A stretch of DNA of 64,000 nt. Source: TPA_inf: Saccharomyces. Lineage: Eukaryota. Under the pieces are notes generated by a model. It saw only the letters and a list, made by a program, of their open reading frames with translations, had not been told where the DNA came from and made no database searches. The DNA lies in contig BK006938.2 in assembly GCA_000146045.2 (NCBI GenBank), positions 1,376,001 to 1,440,000 of the forward strand, read 5' to 3'. Below, one piece after another: positions 45,157 to 55,967 of this stretch; the stretch's first letter is position 1, and every line of letters starts with the position of its first letter. The translations under genes and the position numbers were made by a program.

Positions 45157-46485
45157 ATGGCCCTCTTTCTCAGTAAGAGACTGTTGAGATTTACCGTCAT
45201 TGCAGGTGCGGTTATTGTTCTCCTCCTAACATTGAATTCCAACAGTAGAACTCAGCAATATATTCCGAGTTCCATCTCCGCTGCATTTGATTTTACCTCA
45301 GGATCTATATCCCCTGAACAACAAGTCATCTCTGAGGAAAATGATGCTAAAAAATTAGAGCAAAGTGCTCTGAATTCAGAGGCAAGCGAAGACTCCGAAG
45401 CCATGGATGAAGAATCCAAGGCTCTGAAAGCTGCCGCTGAAAAGGCAGATGCCCCGATCGACACTAAAACAACCATGGATTATATCACTCCATCTTTTGC
45501 TAACAAAGCTGGTAAGCCAAAAGCTTGTTACGTCACTTTGGTGAGAAACAAGGAGTTGAAAGGTTTGCTAAGCTCCATTAAATATGTGGAAAACAAAATT
45601 AACAAGAAATTCCCATATCCTTGGGTTTTCCTAAACGATGAACCTTTTACTGAAGAATTCAAGGAAGCAGTCACCAAAGCTGTTTCTTCCGAAGTTAAGT
45701 TTGGTATTTTGCCCAAGGAACATTGGTCATATCCTGAATGGATTAATCAAACCAAGGCTGCTGAAATTCGTGCAGATGCTGCCACCAAATACATATACGG
45801 TGGCTCCGAATCTTATAGACACATGTGTCGTTACCAATCTGGGTTTTTCTGGAGACATGAATTATTAGAAGAGTACGATTGGTACTGGCGTGTGGAACCA
45901 GACATCAAGTTATACTGTGATATTAATTACGACGTTTTTAAGTGGATGCAAGAAAACGAAAAAGTTTACGGCTTTACCGTTTCTATTCATGAATATGAAG
46001 TGACGATCCCAACACTATGGCAAACGTCCATGGATTTCATCAAAAAGAACCCCGAATACTTAGATGAAAACAACCTGATGAGTTTTCTTTCGAACGATAA
46101 TGGTAAAACATACAATCTGTGCCATTTCTGGTCAAACTTTGAAATTGCAAACTTGAATTTGTGGAGGTCACCAGCCTACAGAGAGTATTTTGACACTTTG
46201 GATCATCAAGGTGGATTTTTCTACGAAAGATGGGGCGATGCTCCCGTTCATTCTATTGCTGCTGCTTTGTTTTTGCCAAAGGATAAAATCCATTATTTTT
46301 CAGACATTGGTTACCATCATCCACCTTATGATAACTGCCCATTGGACAAGGAGGTCTATAACAGTAACAACTGTGAATGTGACCAAGGTAATGATTTCAC
46401 TTTCCAAGGTTACTCTTGTGGTAAGGAATATTATGATGCTCAAGGGTTGGTAAAGCCAAAAAACTGGAAAAAATTCCGTGAGTAG
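45157..46485 (+). CDS. KRE2: Golgi alpha-1,2-mannosyltransferase (GT15 family), 442 aa, a type II membrane protein.
   Basis: N-terminal signal-anchor (RFTVIAGAVIVLLLTL). Conserved GT15 catalytic region (YRHMCRYQSGFFWRHELL). Length matches. Confidence 0.9.
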   Translation: MALFLSKRLLRFTVIAGAVIVLLLTLNSNSRTQQYIPSSISAAFDFTSGSISPEQQVISEENDAKKLEQSALNSEASEDSEAMDEESKALKAAAEKADAPIDTKTTMDYITPSFANKAGKPKACYVTLVRNKELKGLLSSIKYVENKINKKFPYPWVFLNDEPFTEEFKEAVTKAVSSEVKFGILPKEHWSYPEWINQTKAAEIRADAATKYIYGGSESYRHMCRYQSGFFWRHELLEEYDWYWRVEPDIKLYCDINYDVFKWMQENEKVYGFTVSIHEYEVTIPTLWQTSMDFIKKNPEYLDENNLMSFLSNDNGKTYNLCHFWSNFEIANLNLWRSPAYREYFDTLDHQGGFFYERWGDAPVHSIAAALFLPKDKIHYFSDIGYHHPPYDNCPLDKEVYNSNNCECDQGNDFTFQGYSCGKEYYDAQGLVKPKNWKKFRE

Positions 46486-46762
46486 AAATCTTGGAACATA
46501 CTGTTTCTTTGTTTTGACTTTATACTTTCTATTTATATTTTATTTTTATAACTGGTTAAGTACACATAGGACTGCGTATCAAACATATAAGTGAGGCAAT
46601 CCACATTTTTTTTAAAGATTCGAATATTTTTATTCTCATTAGCGTATTCCGAGAATAGTTCGAAAAAATATAAGGTATATCAAGAGTTTTTACAAGTGAG
46701 AGGAAAGAGGAATAAGCTATAAGCAACAAAAGCGTAAAAAAATTAGCTGAAGACATAGAACT

Positions 46763-48688
46763 ATGGATGTTCTCAAAGAGGTGTTGTCACTAGACCAAGA
46801 TAAATTTGACCAGCTGAAGGAAACGAGCCGAGATAAAACAAATGAAACGGATGATCCTTTTGAAAACTATTTGAAGGATTGTAAATTTAAAGCGCCTTCA
46901 AACAAAGATCAGTCACCATTTGCTAAACTTAAATCATTACAGGAAACTCATTCTAACAATGAAGCGGCTATTAATATAATTATTCCTCAATTGATTGATT
47001 ACTTAACCGAATTCACTAATAGGTTATCAAATTACACACAAGATTTAGACTTCATTAAAAAAAAGTCCAATGAATTACAGTCATTGCTCGAATACAACTC
47101 CACTAAACTGGCACATATCTCTCCTATGGTTAATGATTTGATGATTCCTCCTGAACTCATTGATGACATCATTAAAGGGAAGATCAATGAAAGCTGGCAG
47201 GATAATATAACATTCATAGCAGATAAAGAAGAAATTTATAACAAGTATAGGTCCAATAATCTCGATCAAGACAACAAGGACGCAGAAAATTCAGCAATGC
47301 TAGCACCAAAGGATTTTGATAAGTTATGTCAACTCCTGGACATCCTAAAAAATGTTATTCTAGAAAGGTCGAAAAGACTTATTATTTCCAAAATCAAAAC
47401 TTTGAGGAGTCATAACCCAGTACCATCGCAAAGGATACAAAACAAATTATTAAAAGTTCAAAAAATTTTCCCCTTCATAAGAGATAATAATCTCTCCTTA
47501 GCCCTTGAGTTAAGACAGGCATATTGTTACACAATGAAATGGTATTATAGAGAATACTTTTCTAGATATATCAGGTCATTGACTATTTTGCAATTTCAAC
47601 AAATCGACTCGCAATTTGCATTGGGTAATGGCCTTTCTACAACTTCAGTGAGTGGGTTTAACAATTCACCATCATTGTTTTTCTCAAATTATCTAACTAC
47701 ATCCGCTTCAAATGCTTTCTATAATAAACTCCCTGTAACAGATGAGAAAATTGATAAATACTTTCAGATAAAGAAAAGATTGAACATTTTAACACAAGAA
47801 GACAATACGGTAATGGTATCCCAAATTGCAGAAAATAACACAACGAAAAACTACATTGAAATTGGATTTAAAAATTTAAACCTTGCAATTTTAGATAACT
47901 GTACGGTGGAGTACCATTTTTTAAAAGATTTCTTCGCTATGAATGGCGATAATTTTGAGGAAATTAATGGTTTATTGGAACAAATATTTCAACCAACTTT
48001 TGATGAAGCCACAACATACACTCAACAACTGATCCAATATAATTATGACATTTTTGGTGTATTAATAAGTATTCGTGTGGCCAATCAATTACAATTTGAA
48101 TCAGAAAGGAGAGGAATACCGTCTATGTTTGATAGTTTCTTGAATGGTCAATTAATTCAATTATGGCCTCGATTTCAGCAATTGGTCGATTTTCAATGCG
48201 AGAGCTTACGAAAAGCGGCAATAACTACAAATGTGGCAAAATATGCCGGCAACTCAAGCACATCCAATAGTAGCCCTTTGACCTCACCTCATGAGTTAAC
48301 TGTACAGTTCGGTAAATTTTTATCAAGCTTCTTGACGTTGGCAATAACACATAAGCAGTCCATAGACGAAAGATCTGAACCCTTATACAATTCCATCATT
48401 AGATTAAGAAATGATTTCGAAACAGTCATGACAAAGTGCAGTAAAAAGACGAAATCACCAGAAAGATTTCTGGCTACAAATTACATGTATTTATACAATA
48501 ACCTACAGCAATTGCATCTACATTTAAATATAAATGACTCGGATGCACAAAACTACAATTTTGATTCTGCTGAAAATGTTGGTACGAAAGTTGCGAATGA
48601 CGACGATAATGATTCAAGCGTACCACTAATAATCAGAGAGACCGAAAATCATTTCAAAACTTTAGTTGAAGCTTTCACCAGAAATTGA
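46763..48688 (+). CDS. VPS52: GARP tethering complex subunit, 641 aa.
   Basis: Length and position (YDR484W) match. N-terminal coiled-coil. Confidence 0.8.
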   Translation: MDVLKEVLSLDQDKFDQLKETSRDKTNETDDPFENYLKDCKFKAPSNKDQSPFAKLKSLQETHSNNEAAINIIIPQLIDYLTEFTNRLSNYTQDLDFIKKKSNELQSLLEYNSTKLAHISPMVNDLMIPPELIDDIIKGKINESWQDNITFIADKEEIYNKYRSNNLDQDNKDAENSAMLAPKDFDKLCQLLDILKNVILERSKRLIISKIKTLRSHNPVPSQRIQNKLLKVQKIFPFIRDNNLSLALELRQAYCYTMKWYYREYFSRYIRSLTILQFQQIDSQFALGNGLSTTSVSGFNNSPSLFFSNYLTTSASNAFYNKLPVTDEKIDKYFQIKKRLNILTQEDNTVMVSQIAENNTTKNYIEIGFKNLNLAILDNCTVEYHFLKDFFAMNGDNFEEINGLLEQIFQPTFDEATTYTQQLIQYNYDIFGVLISIRVANQLQFESERRGIPSMFDSFLNGQLIQLWPRFQQLVDFQCESLRKAAITTNVAKYAGNSSTSNSSPLTSPHELTVQFGKFLSSFLTLAITHKQSIDERSEPLYNSIIRLRNDFETVMTKCSKKTKSPERFLATNYMYLYNNLQQLHLHLNINDSDAQNYNFDSAENVGTKVANDDDNDSSVPLIIRETENHFKTLVEAFTRN

Positions 48689-48819
48689 TGAATGTAACGA
48701 TTGTATAAGACATGGAGCGTATAAAGTATATTTTTATGTAAAATGATCTTTATGATTTCTTATTTTGTGTGGAATATAGTCAAATGTTTAACGACCTACC
48801 ATTATATAGTCTGTCTCAA

Positions 48820-51207
48820 TTAAAATCCTTCAGGAACACCTTTTGCAGGTCTTTGACTTAAATCAAGGTAAATACCGCCGTTTTTGAACCCAAACCACTT
48901 GAATCTCACTTGATCGTCACTATCCTCATTTGTCGTTTCATCACGCTTGATATCTGACCTTCCCTCCTCCTTAGAAATAGGATCTTGAATCCGCTGAATA
49001 ATTTTATAAGCTTCCACATCAGAATAAGGCACACCAGTCCTTGGATCAAAGTACTGACATTCTTTATTTGTGATTAAACATTTTTTTCTTATACCATTGG
49101 CTAAGAAGACACCCGTTGGAGGCTGTGTTTTAATTTTGATTTCCAAATCCTTATTTATCTCTGTGTTGATTTGATGGACTATTTTCTTATCGTATTCCCC
49201 AAAAGATGGGAAATTTGCCAGAGCTGACAGATCAAGTGATATATCTACGGTAGGAGACGGTACTGAAGACTGAGGAGGTGATGGTAAAATGGAGTGGAAA
49301 ACAGTTTTCATATCTTGTGGACGCTGAGTGGCGGATAACCCATTTGTGTATGACCATCGATCACCAAATAAGTTTGTGTTAAAATCTTTTAGATTTGGAG
49401 GAGCATTAGGAAAATCATAAAGTGTAACAAAGTTCCTTGAGGTTAATTGCTCAGGCCCTTCGTAGGTCTGTGTTGATAAAGAGTTTTCCGCGGAAGATTC
49501 ATCAACATTAGCTGTATCTTTTTTTGAGGGTGACTCTTCAGTATCGATTATGGCCACTTGCGGATGGTCGGTAAACGTTACTTGTTTCAAGAAAGAAACA
49601 TCAGTATTGCTTTTGGTCTCTTGTGGTACATTATGAGATAAGTTCTCGATGCCTTCGGTTTTCAGACAAGGTTCAGGCTCTCCTTTTATATCCGTATCCG
49701 GAGAGATCAATATAGTATCTTCAGTGCCAGTGGAGTTTGATGGTGTAGGTGTTGCAGAATTATCCCTTTGTGAGACCACTTGGGCAGCAGGTGATGAGTT
49801 TTCAAAAGTATTTTCCCTGCTCTCGAGAGCACTTACCATTTCATCTTTAATTTCTTCATTATGTAAATTTTGTATCGGTTCGCCTACATTGGTAATTTTT
49901 TGCTCATTAGTTATTATATTCTTTTGTGGTTGGCTGTTGGGAGCTTCATCAACGGTACTCTGCTTGTTTGCAATTGCGTCCAATGTAACATCAGGTAATG
50001 CTGTTGGCTTTAATTCGTCTGAATTTACTCTACTCACCGCTGCATCTGGACTCGATTCTCCTTCAACTGTATCGTTAGTAGAAGTTTCCTCAATCCTTTT
50101 CTGGTTGTGTACAGATGAAGAATTCTCACCCAAAGAATTCACGTCGCCATCGTTCTTTATCGATTCTTCACTCTCCCGCTTTTTATCATCTGATGCGTCC
50201 TGTTTTCCGAGATTTAAATTCTTCTTTGGCTTCCTCGGATATTTTTTCTTCTTCTTATCACGTTTATTCAATTGTTCCTGCCAATATTTACGATCTTCTA
50301 ACTCCATCGCTGGCGTCATTAGCCAAGCAGTAGATAAAAATTGCAGTATAGTCTCATTTGGCTGGAATTTCTGCTTTTGTCTTTTCTGCAAAGCTAGACG
50401 ATTCTCCTTTTTCCAAACTTCTTGTTCCTTGAACTTATCCAGTGACAAAATATTCAGCTTCTCAGTCTCCTTGGCAATCCGTAGCCTCTCTTCTTGTGTC
50501 AGCATATGCTGAGACTCCTGCTCCTTGTGTTTCCTTATTCTTTCTTGTATAATTTTTCTCTTTTTTTCAGCTTTAGACAATTTCTCATAAACTTTCATCG
50601 TGTTTTCCATTACCGATGATCTTTTAGAAGTTCTCCTTGTATTTAATAGTAACGTCTCTGCGTTTAATTGTTCATGGGTATGGTGCGATCTTGGTATAGC
50701 TTCTCCTGACTTAGGCTTAGGTTTTTGTTTTTTGATTACAACGGGACCCTTCTGTAATCTCTTGTTTCTTTTCTTTCTTGAAAGTAGTTCTTGTCTTCGT
50801 ATTTCCTTTTCCTCTGCATCTTCATCATTCTCGTTGCTGGAGTCCTCAGATTCGCTACTGCTGAACATTAAGTCATCGGCTGCTTGCTCACTTGAAGCCT
50901 GAGAGGGCTCTTTCCTTATACTTTGAGTCTCATCTTCTTTTTCTTCCCCTTCATCATCGTCATCTTTTGCCATCATTTCGAAATCTTCATCATCTTCATC
51001 TTCCTGAAACAACAGCCCTATTTCATCTTCTTCATCATCATTACCATTCTTATAGGAAGAAATTTGTCTTTTGGTAGATTCTATATCTCTTAGCTCCTGC
51101 TCCAATAGTTTTTGTAATTTATTACCGGCATTAGACCTCCTAGATCGTGTTTGTATAATAAATTCTGTGTTAGTATCTAGACTTTTATCAGCACCTTCAT
51201 CACTCAT
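48820..51207 (-). CDS. VPS72: SWR1-complex subunit (YL1 family, H2A.Z binding), 795 aa, with extremely acidic tracts.
   Basis: Start chosen at MSDEGADKSLDTN to give 795 aa. The track ORF has a 15-codon extension. Acidic D/E runs and a YL1-like region. Confidence 0.8.
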   Translation of the reverse strand: MSDEGADKSLDTNTEFIIQTRSRRSNAGNKLQKLLEQELRDIESTKRQISSYKNGNDDEEDEIGLLFQEDEDDEDFEMMAKDDDDEGEEKEDETQSIRKEPSQASSEQAADDLMFSSSESEDSSNENDEDAEEKEIRRQELLSRKKRNKRLQKGPVVIKKQKPKPKSGEAIPRSHHTHEQLNAETLLLNTRRTSKRSSVMENTMKVYEKLSKAEKKRKIIQERIRKHKEQESQHMLTQEERLRIAKETEKLNILSLDKFKEQEVWKKENRLALQKRQKQKFQPNETILQFLSTAWLMTPAMELEDRKYWQEQLNKRDKKKKKYPRKPKKNLNLGKQDASDDKKRESEESIKNDGDVNSLGENSSSVHNQKRIEETSTNDTVEGESSPDAAVSRVNSDELKPTALPDVTLDAIANKQSTVDEAPNSQPQKNIITNEQKITNVGEPIQNLHNEEIKDEMVSALESRENTFENSSPAAQVVSQRDNSATPTPSNSTGTEDTILISPDTDIKGEPEPCLKTEGIENLSHNVPQETKSNTDVSFLKQVTFTDHPQVAIIDTEESPSKKDTANVDESSAENSLSTQTYEGPEQLTSRNFVTLYDFPNAPPNLKDFNTNLFGDRWSYTNGLSATQRPQDMKTVFHSILPSPPQSSVPSPTVDISLDLSALANFPSFGEYDKKIVHQINTEINKDLEIKIKTQPPTGVFLANGIRKKCLITNKECQYFDPRTGVPYSDVEAYKIIQRIQDPISKEEGRSDIKRDETTNEDSDDQVRFKWFGFKNGGIYLDLSQRPAKGVPEGF

Positions 51208-51430
51208 CGTGCACTGTGAATTTGCTTCGGTTTCACTTCTATTTGTATTCATTAGACTACATGGTGCTTTCTGCTTACTGTTTTTTCCATCAGGATTTTT
51301 TTAACAAAGAAAAAAGAAAACTACTAAAACCTAAATAAGGTACATATTTTGGCTTACCAGCAAAGAGAATATAAAGAAAAGGGAAAGGAGAGAAAAATTC
51401 TGAATATGCAACTTTGTGTGCTTTTTGTTT

Positions 51431-52120
51431 TCACTGAGCGCTTTCTAAAGCTTTATTTTTGTCTTCAGTATCTAAGTTTGGCTCTTCATCAATAAAAGCC
51501 GGTGGCGCATTCGCACCTAGTAAGTAACTGGGCATATCGTTACCTAATGAGTTTTCGCTGGTTGGCAAAGTGAAATCCTCTTGTGCCAGAGCATCCAGCT
51601 CTGCATCCAGCTCTGCATCACTAATGTCGTCGAGCTCGCCACTGTTATTATTCATTGCCAAGACTTCTTGCAGCTCATCCCCTTGTTCTATTAAATCCAG
51701 CATCTCATCCTGCATGTCCTGTAGTTTGTCGATATTTATCTTGCCGTATTGAGCCTTCATGGCATTGTTTGTTTGCTTTAGTGCGTTTATAGTGATCATT
51801 GTGTTCTGTAAGTTATCATTTGTTAACTGGGCTTGCGTCATGGACCAGGATTGAGAATCTAAAGAATCCTTCATATTTTCTAACTGTTTACGTTTATTTA
51901 AAATCTTCAAAGCCTGTTTTCTTAACGAGGGTTGCTTGTTGTTTGATCTTTGCAAATTCTTTTGAATATTTTGCAGCTGGAAGTTTAACTGGGCGATTTG
52001 AGTATCTAACTGGGATATTCTGTTCGATAGTGATTGTTGGGCCTGATTCATGGACTGATTCGACTCTTGTAAGAGCTGATCATGGCTCTTTTTGTTCCCA
52101 TATCCGAAAATCCTGTTCAT
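51431..52120 (-). CDS. VPS60: ESCRT-III-related Snf7-family protein, 229 aa.
   Basis: Start chosen at MNRIFGYGNKKSHDQ to give 229 aa. The track ORF has a 47-codon extension. Snf7 coiled-coil architecture. Confidence 0.8.
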   Translation of the reverse strand: MNRIFGYGNKKSHDQLLQESNQSMNQAQQSLSNRISQLDTQIAQLNFQLQNIQKNLQRSNNKQPSLRKQALKILNKRKQLENMKDSLDSQSWSMTQAQLTNDNLQNTMITINALKQTNNAMKAQYGKINIDKLQDMQDEMLDLIEQGDELQEVLAMNNNSGELDDISDAELDAELDALAQEDFTLPTSENSLGNDMPSYLLGANAPPAFIDEEPNLDTEDKNKALESAQ

Positions 52121-52353
52121 AATTGCCTTGAAGAGTTTATAACTGTGTTTCAACCAATCTTGGCTTCCTCCTATTACTACTTTTTTTAGATGTACTTTTT
52201 CTCTTGCTAAAAATCCCATATTTTTGTATGGCTGAAAAACATAGAGGAAGAAAAAGGTCAAAAAACAAAAGATATATACAAAGTTACAAATATATACATG
52301 TATATATGTGTGAGTCTGTTGTGATAGAATGAATGGAGAAAATGTTCACCAGA

Positions 52354-52980
52354 TTATTTCTTCAAATATTGGGCCAATTCTTCGATGGAGATCAAAGGAA
52401 TGCCATGTTTCTTACCAAACGCTTGGCAGTCATTTAATCTCATCATAGTTCCTTGTTCGTCATCGTTAACCAATTCGCCAATAACAGCGACGGGACTTAG
52501 TCCACTTAGTTTACACAAATCGACACCGGCCTCAGTGTGGCCTCTTCTCTGCAAAACACCGCCATCAGCGGCTCTCAAGGGACAGATGTGCCCTGGTTTT
52601 AAAAATGATTTTGGCGTAGAGGAAGAGTCTGCAAGAGCCCTACAAGTCATCGACCTGTCGTGAGCAGAAATACCTGTGGTAGTGCCTTGGGCTACATCTA
52701 CAGTTATTGTGTATGCAGTTCCATGCCTGTCGTCATCATTGGATTCAAACTTCATGCCTGTTCTCAGTAGTGGAAGGTCCAACTTATCAGCAATGGCATT
52801 CGTCATAGGTGCACAGACGTAGCCTGAGGAATGGCGTACAAGAAAGGCCATTTGTTCAGTGCTGACATTTTCAGCAGCGCAAATAAGATCACCTTCATTT
52901 TCACGACCGGCATCGTCCATAACAATTACAAACTTATTCTGCTTGAAGTGTTCTATAGCTTGATCAATTGGTGTAAACAT
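52354..52980 (-). CDS. RIB3: 3,4-dihydroxy-2-butanone-4-phosphate synthase (riboflavin biosynthesis), 208 aa.
   Basis: DHBP synthase motifs (DDAGRENEGDLI…; GHTEAGVDL). Length matches. Confidence 0.9.
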   Translation of the reverse strand: MFTPIDQAIEHFKQNKFVIVMDDAGRENEGDLICAAENVSTEQMAFLVRHSSGYVCAPMTNAIADKLDLPLLRTGMKFESNDDDRHGTAYTITVDVAQGTTTGISAHDRSMTCRALADSSSTPKSFLKPGHICPLRAADGGVLQRRGHTEAGVDLCKLSGLSPVAVIGELVNDDEQGTMMRLNDCQAFGKKHGIPLISIEELAQYLKK

Positions 52981-53187
52981 TTTCGACGTTGCCTTTTCTT
53001 CTTTTCCTTTCCTTTTTTTTAGCCTTCTGCTTTTTGTTGGAGATATTTACATTCACCTCACATATATACGCCAATGAAAATTTCACAATAGCACGTATAT
53101 TAATAATAGCCTTGCTTTTTTTTATCAATTCTCGCTAAGAAATTACTCATCAGGCAATAACCTATGCTCACCCGCCTCGAAGCGGCG

Positions 53188-54789
53188 TTAGGAGATAACA
53201 GTGGCCGTGTAGAGGGACGTCTTAGCATCGAAAGCCCAATTTACAACAACGAGGCGACCATCTGCACACCACACTTGACACCGTAGAGTGCGACTATTTT
53301 CCCCTCCATTGTTTTTTTCGAGCCAGCGTGCACGTAGTACGGGCCCCCCTAACAACAATGGCGCCCCTATGATAGCTTTCCCTGCTCGCGCGTCCCACAG
53401 CCGCACCGTCCAGTCCGTGGAACATGATAATAGAAGCATTAGCCGCCGAGCATCGTCCCAATGAAACTCTAACCCGGTTACCCTCGTAGAGTGGTTTTCT
53501 GCAGGTTGGAACCCATTGTTGTCCAAAGAGAGGTACAGCGGCCCAGGTTGGTCCCAGAAAACCTTGTATATACCACCGTCTTCGCCACCGATCCAGACGT
53601 ACTGCGGGTCCTCACTCGTGTACGCCATGCAAGCTATACCTACCTCATCAAACTTTGCCAACCGCTGCAATCGCTCCGTATATGTGCAAGTATCATTCTC
53701 CAAAGATAAAAGCTGTGATAGCGGTACAGGACGGAGCTGCTGTGGCTTCCGCAAAACAGTCAAGTCCAGGCAGCTCAACTCCATAATATTGCCATTATCA
53801 GCTGCCACAAGTACTCTCTCTTGATCTTGCACGCTGCTTGTTTCAATTACAGCCACCACTGGGTGCTGAAAGTAGTGTCTTGCCACCATATTTCGCTGCA
53901 CGACATACACTACCGGTGTTTCTGGCTTTTTCTGTTTCAATCTAAGCTCGTACAATATGATCTTGCCCGTCAAGGTCGCCAACAAGATTGATATTACATT
54001 GCTTTCCGGATGATACCGACGGAGGATCGTGGCTGTCATGATCCGCGTACCACGGAACTCTACCATATCTATCAAGAGGCCGTTGCGTCCGCTGGCATTA
54101 TCGCACTTGACTACATTCACCACAGACCACGCCGCTTCGCTGCTAGCATACTGTAGGTCTGCCGGCGGCAATCGTAGATAAACCACAACCAAGACGCCTT
54201 TTCCTGGGTCATACTCCTGAGCGATACAATCGCAGTCTGTCTCTGATTGTAAATTCTCACTGACCATGTTCCATTGCATGAGGTTGTCTTTATCCTGTTG
54301 CATGTTCGATGGCGCCTGCTGGCCTGACGCAGAAACCTCTGTCTCCAGCCGCGCAAAACTAGCGTTGCTCAGCGTTGCCGCCGCCTCTTCAACAAGAAAA
54401 GGTTTGGCTAGTTCTAACCTTGGCTGGTCGTTTTCAGCTTTGTCTTTATTATTTTCGTCGGCAGCAGTAGTTTCAATGGCGACAGCATCAGTAGTGGTGT
54501 GATTTTCATTTTCTTGCAGTTGTTCTTCCTCAATTTGATCTGTTTGAATGCCTTTGTCGTATGTTATAACCTCCTTACGTCGAAGATATGCAGATTGGGG
54601 CTCTTGAATCTTTGAGCCTTCCTCCATGTCGGTCTGCACTGAAACGCTGACCATGGTTGCCTTAGCGTGCACCTCTGTGGGATGGTGGCCCATCGTCTCG
54701 CTCCCAGGGAACAAGCTGGCTTGTTTTCGCCTCTCACGCAGCTCTTTCAATTGTCTCCTTTTTTCCTCCAGTTGCTTCAATCGCTCCAT
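53188..54789 (-). CDS. PAC11: Dynein intermediate chain (WD40), 533 aa.
   Basis: Length and position (YDR488C) match. WD-repeat C-terminal half, including the WD dipeptides 'WAFD' and 'RLWD'. Confidence 0.8.
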   Translation of the reverse strand: MERLKQLEEKRRQLKELRERRKQASLFPGSETMGHHPTEVHAKATMVSVSVQTDMEEGSKIQEPQSAYLRRKEVITYDKGIQTDQIEEEQLQENENHTTTDAVAIETTAADENNKDKAENDQPRLELAKPFLVEEAAATLSNASFARLETEVSASGQQAPSNMQQDKDNLMQWNMVSENLQSETDCDCIAQEYDPGKGVLVVVYLRLPPADLQYASSEAAWSVVNVVKCDNASGRNGLLIDMVEFRGTRIMTATILRRYHPESNVISILLATLTGKIILYELRLKQKKPETPVVYVVQRNMVARHYFQHPVVAVIETSSVQDQERVLVAADNGNIMELSCLDLTVLRKPQQLRPVPLSQLLSLENDTCTYTERLQRLAKFDEVGIACMAYTSEDPQYVWIGGEDGGIYKVFWDQPGPLYLSLDNNGFQPAENHSTRVTGLEFHWDDARRLMLLLSCSTDWTVRLWDARAGKAIIGAPLLLGGPVLRARWLEKNNGGENSRTLRCQVWCADGRLVVVNWAFDAKTSLYTATVIS

Positions 54790-55011
54790 CTTAATGTTTC
54801 AATCCTTCTTCCTCTTTGGTTGATTAACCAACTGTGATGCTCTTTTTTCCCTTTTCTCTTTGTTTACGGCAAAACACGAAAACTAGTTCATTTCTTTTTC
54901 TTTTCGCCTTGGACTAGTACTGAAAATTTCAATAGCATTATATTTGAGCCATAGGTAAGAAAAACCAAATTTGTTAGTATTGGGAAGGAGAATAAGATAC
55001 CTGACTCGGTG

Positions 55012-55896
55012 ATGGACATTAACATAGACGATATTCTTGCAGAACTGGATAAGGAAACTACTGCTGTCGACTCTACCAAGATCACGCAAGGTTCTTCTTC
55101 CACTACCCACAGAGATGCAAATACAATAGTGGGTTCGTCCTTAGACTTGAATGACAAGACTCAGATATATGTCTCTCCCCAGCAGGATTTTTCTGACTTG
55201 ATGAAGTCTTGGAAAAATGAACGGTGTTCGCCAGAACTCTTACCATATCCTCATCAGTTGATGAAAAGATTATTGAATCGAATATCCATGCAATCTCAAT
55301 TAATTGAAAACATTTCAATGGGATTCCTCGATATGCAAAATGCTTCTAATGCGAACCCGCCTATGCCTAACGAATCTAAATTGCCTTTACTCTGCATGGA
55401 AACTGAGTTAGAAAGATTGAAATTTGTTATTAGAAGCTACATACGATGTAGGCTAAGCAAAATTGACAAATTCTCACTTTATTTGCGCCAATTAAATGAA
55501 GATGAAAATTCGCTGATCTCTCTTACAGATTTACTATCCAAAGATGAAATCAAATACCATGACACGCATTCCCTGATCTGGTTGAAACTAGTCAATGATT
55601 CTATCCTGAAATACATGCCCGAAGAACTTCAGGCTATTAATGATACAGAAGGTAGCGTAAACATGATAGATGAGCCCGACTGGAACAAATTTGTCTTTAT
55701 ACACGTTAACGGCCCACCAGATGGTAAATGGAACGAAGATCCGCTATTGCAGGAAAACGAGTTCGGTAAACCTTGCTACACGGTCACAATACCCGATTTA
55801 AAGGAAGAGGTTGAACTCACTATTGGAAGTATTTACGTTATGAGATATGAAGTCATTAGGGATCTGCTGAGAGACGACAAAGTTGCTCTTATTTGA
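55012..55896 (+). CDS. SLD5: GINS complex subunit, 294 aa.
   Basis: MDINIDDILAELDKETTAVD N-terminus. Start chosen at the second Met of the MMDIN tandem to give the known 294 aa. Confidence 0.8.
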   Translation: MDINIDDILAELDKETTAVDSTKITQGSSSTTHRDANTIVGSSLDLNDKTQIYVSPQQDFSDLMKSWKNERCSPELLPYPHQLMKRLLNRISMQSQLIENISMGFLDMQNASNANPPMPNESKLPLLCMETELERLKFVIRSYIRCRLSKIDKFSLYLRQLNEDENSLISLTDLLSKDEIKYHDTHSLIWLKLVNDSILKYMPEELQAINDTEGSVNMIDEPDWNKFVFIHVNGPPDGKWNEDPLLQENEFGKPCYTVTIPDLKEEVELTIGSIYVMRYEVIRDLLRDDKVALI

Positions 55897-55967
55897 ACTA
55901 TTATGCATTACACTTTCCCCTTCACCATGTCTTACATATGCATATATATATATTATCAAGCACAGTT

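Noticed and set aside
46531-46541. Perfect 11-bp ARS consensus match ATTTATATTTT downstream of KRE2.
   Set aside because: ACS 11-mers are frequent in AT-rich yeast intergenic DNA. Without B-elements or replication data an origin cannot be called.
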